From: Camelus ferus
Lineage: Eukaryota
Assembly (NCBI RefSeq): GCF_009834535.1
Contig: NC_045698.1
Span: 2,792,001-2,856,000 of the forward strand
Length of the DNA stretch: 64,000 nucleotides
Direction: 5' to 3'
Position 1 is the first letter of the stretch. Every line of letters starts with the position of its first letter. A program made the position numbers and the translations under genes. Shown here piece after piece: positions 60,946 to 64,000 of this stretch. The notes under the pieces were generated by a model. The model made no database searches. It was not told the origin of the DNA and saw only the letters and a list, made by a program, of their open reading frames with translations.

Positions 60946-63900
60946 GGCCCGAGCAGCCTGCTCCATCGCGGACAGGACAACACAGCGCAGGCGGCACCAA
61001 AAGAAACAAAACCCGAAAACGCACCCTCAGACCTCTGCCCTCCTCACGCAGCGTCGGCAGCCTTGGACCTCGGACCTTGTGAAAGGCTGGGGTGGCTGCC
61101 GTGTGCAGGAGTGTGTCCGCCCCGCCTCGGCCCAGGGATGTCAGTCCTCGAGGTGTGTCCCCTCCCCGAGCGTCTCGGCCAGCGTGCTGGGGACCCAGGC
61201 ACAACGGCAGGGCCGTCCCAGGGTAATTTCCTGCTGGACCAGCCCCTGCTGACCGGCTGGCTCGTTTCTGCTCATTGCCATCAAGCTCTCTTGCCTGCCA
61301 GTAGGCTCTGGGTTTTCCTTTGTTTATTTGCTCTTCTCTACTTCAAGTGGCGAAATGCCTACCTTTTCCCTCATAAAAAATAAAAGAGCAATATACTCGG
61401 CACTCGTTGATATCTGGGTTAACAACAGCCTGAAGGAGGATGTTCCCACTGAGCATATTCTTGTCTTCCGTCTCCATCCTCCAGTCACTGTTCCCGGGGC
61501 TGCATTCAGTTTTCATTCCCCATCTCCCTCCTCCTTCTGGTCACGACCATCGTCTCTCTCCTCTTCTGTCCTCTGCTTTACTCCATTCTTCTTTCTCTCT
61601 GTTTGTGTCTCAAAACATTTGCAAGCTCTTTTTGGAAACAACTGAAAAATATTTGCAAAATAGTGGCAGAAATATTCACAATCTTCTAGCAACTGTTTTT
61701 TAAGGAACATCGTGATGCCTGCATTTGAAGAATCAATATGAAGTTTAAATTTAAATCCTGGAGGGATCCGTCCAGTGGATTATGTAATGGCTGGTGATAT
61801 AAAGACAGAGGTATCTCCTTGTCCATGTCACAGTTAATGTAAAGCAGCGTGTGACTTCTCATCAAAATTTAGATTATATTTCTATTAATGCTTTACCCAA
61901 GCACATTCTTTTTGTTAATTTAAATAGCATTCTACTTTACAGTCTGGTTATCATATTGAAGGAGGAAATCAAATAATCCACACTTGAAAGAGAATTTAGA
62001 AAACAAAAAGCACAATCAAATCACCTCACAGGGGTTACACACACACATTTTGAAATGTTAATGGAACATGGAGATCTTTGGGTTTCCTAAGTCAGAAGTT
62101 TTCCAGGAAGAAAAATGGATTCAAAGACTCATCTGTGTACAAAGTCTGCAAAGCTGATTTCAGAAGAACAAGTTGCAGGACTTTCTAAACAATGTGAGAG
62201 AGGGCTTCAAAACAGACAGAGATGCATTTCAGTCCTGGGGGTCTGAGCAGCAGGAAGACGAGCAGTGTCCTCCTTGCCAGGGCAAGGGCACGCTGCTTCA
62301 TCCCCAGACAGCAGAGCCCTGCTGCCCGCTGCCTCCTTCAGGGACCCAGCCCCTCCATTGTCCCCAGGCACAGCAGGGCGCAGAGTGGGTGGCGGGCTCA
62401 GGACTGCAGAGGGTTAACACCGCCGCGTCCCACTGAGACACCTCCCAGATAATAAAGCGAACCATTAGGTGGAGAAGAAGATGTCAGTATGCTATAGAGT
62501 GTCCCCTTAGGATCAATGATTCTGCAGATTATGGTAAGTATAGAAGTTTCCCAGGTGCGGGACTTTCTTTCTTGGTGTCAGTGTGTCGACTGGACACAGT
62601 AGAGGGGTCACTTTCTATGACGGAGCTCGACTGTCGAGCAGAGAATCCTGTTTCTGCCGATTAGAGCCAGGAAGAGCTGCAGCTGGGGTCCCCGGGCGTC
62701 TGCGTTCTCCCCGATGTCCGTCTGGCGCACGGCCACGGGCATCCTCCGCGGTCCAGTCTGGCTGCCGGTGTGAGAAGCTCCTGACACCACCGTACTGACG
62801 CGGGGGAAAGTGTAAGCAGGCGACCCACAAAGGAGGTTCTCCCATAGGTATGGCCTTTGCCCTTTCCTCACATATCTGGGGAGGCAGATGGGACAGAGCC
62901 AGTGAGATGAAGCGGGCAAGGATGTTCTTATCATCCTCTTCCCTTACAACCCAAGTTGTAGGATGAATTATTGATCTTATAAATCTGCCACCAATACTAC
63001 TCATAAAAATCTGTGAGCATCGAGATTCCTGCTTCCTTACGCCATCCTCCACAGCCACGGCCCTGTCCCTCGGCCGTCCTGCGACTCCAAGGAGAAGTCG
63101 CACCGCCCCCTCCCTCTGCCCTGAACAGTAACTACGGTGATTCGCACCCATTTTCTCAGTTGCTGGCATCCCCTTACCCCCTGCGGCTAGGTTATTCTAG
63201 GTGGAAAGACAGTTCTTAAACAGTTATTTTTTTCTTAGCAATACAGTGCGTTTGAGAGTCTGAGAGACGCATAAGCTAAGTGTCTTTGCCTAAGTCTTAT
63301 TTCTGTCACCACAACAAATTTACTGCTTTTGTTCACTCTTTTTTGACTGTAATCCCCCTGGACCCCTTATATCAGACTGAAGAGCGGATAAAGCTTTTCT
63401 TCATTTTCTTAAGTGCTCCGAGGACTTAAGCTCTCCTCCCGGCCCTTGCTCGTCAGCTGTGCTGAGTGGTCGTCTCTGGAGAGAGGGCTCCGGCGAGAAC
63501 TCGCAGGCTTCATCGGAGATCGGGAAGCCAGGCTGTGCTGCTCACCTTCCGTGGACGGAAACCCCACCGCCTCCAACGCAGCCTTTCGGGCGGGGCTGCC
63601 GAGGGGACCCTCGCCACCTTGTTCAGGGCGCAGGTGGATTCTAGGGCCCAGGCTCTGCCCCGCCACCATTCTGTTCGGGTCCCTTCTTTATGGAGACTTC
63701 CGGGGAAGCAGGGACCAGGCCAGGGATGGCGCTCCAGGTGGGACATGCTTTTCCATCTTCCTCCCACCCCCTCTGCCCACCAGGTCCTCCCCACTGCAGG
63801 GCTGCAGGAGGTGCTGTACCAGGATGACCGGAGCTGGGCCCTTCCTCTGGGGTCTGGCTTACTAACCCAGGGTCGTTTAACTCTCCAGGCCTGTCCCCTT

Positions 63901-64000
63901 GACACACCTCCCAGCCAGCGGATCGCCCTTGGTTTACAAATGGGGAAGGAGAAGCGTTTTCACAGCTGCCTTTGGAAACCATTGCCCCAGGGAAGGTGTC

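Noticed and set aside
62515..62545. ctgcAG-ATTATG-GTAAGT as a 6-nt microexon
   Set aside because: No polypyrimidine tract upstream of the AG; cannot be supported from sequence.

Overview
This window is non-coding mammalian genomic DNA, not prokaryotic. It is most likely from a camelid (alpaca/camel): it carries tRNA-derived SINEs matching the Tylopoda Vic-1 family and many artiodactyl-type L1 3' ends. I can support no protein-coding gene, structural RNA gene or CRISPR array. The only ORF-track peptides I recognise are decayed L1 ORF1/ORF2 fragments; the rest look like chance ORFs. The window is a mosaic of three things: (i) L1, L2, MIR, MaLR (MLT1) and hAT DNA-transposon fossils, including nested insertions, target-site duplications (TSDs) and a 5'-inverted (twin-primed) L1; (ii) repeat-poor, AT-rich, motif-dense blocks resembling developmental enhancers, best at about 19.9-20.7 kb; (iii) sharply bounded CpG-rich patches, several lying inside ancient repeats, which suggests local GC-biased gene conversion. 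L1 pieces are almost all on the minus strand, which may indicate an intron of a long plus-strand transcript. I did not find a demonstrably new biological system. Repeat family names come from recalled consensus sequences, and repeat boundaries are approximate (tens of bp).
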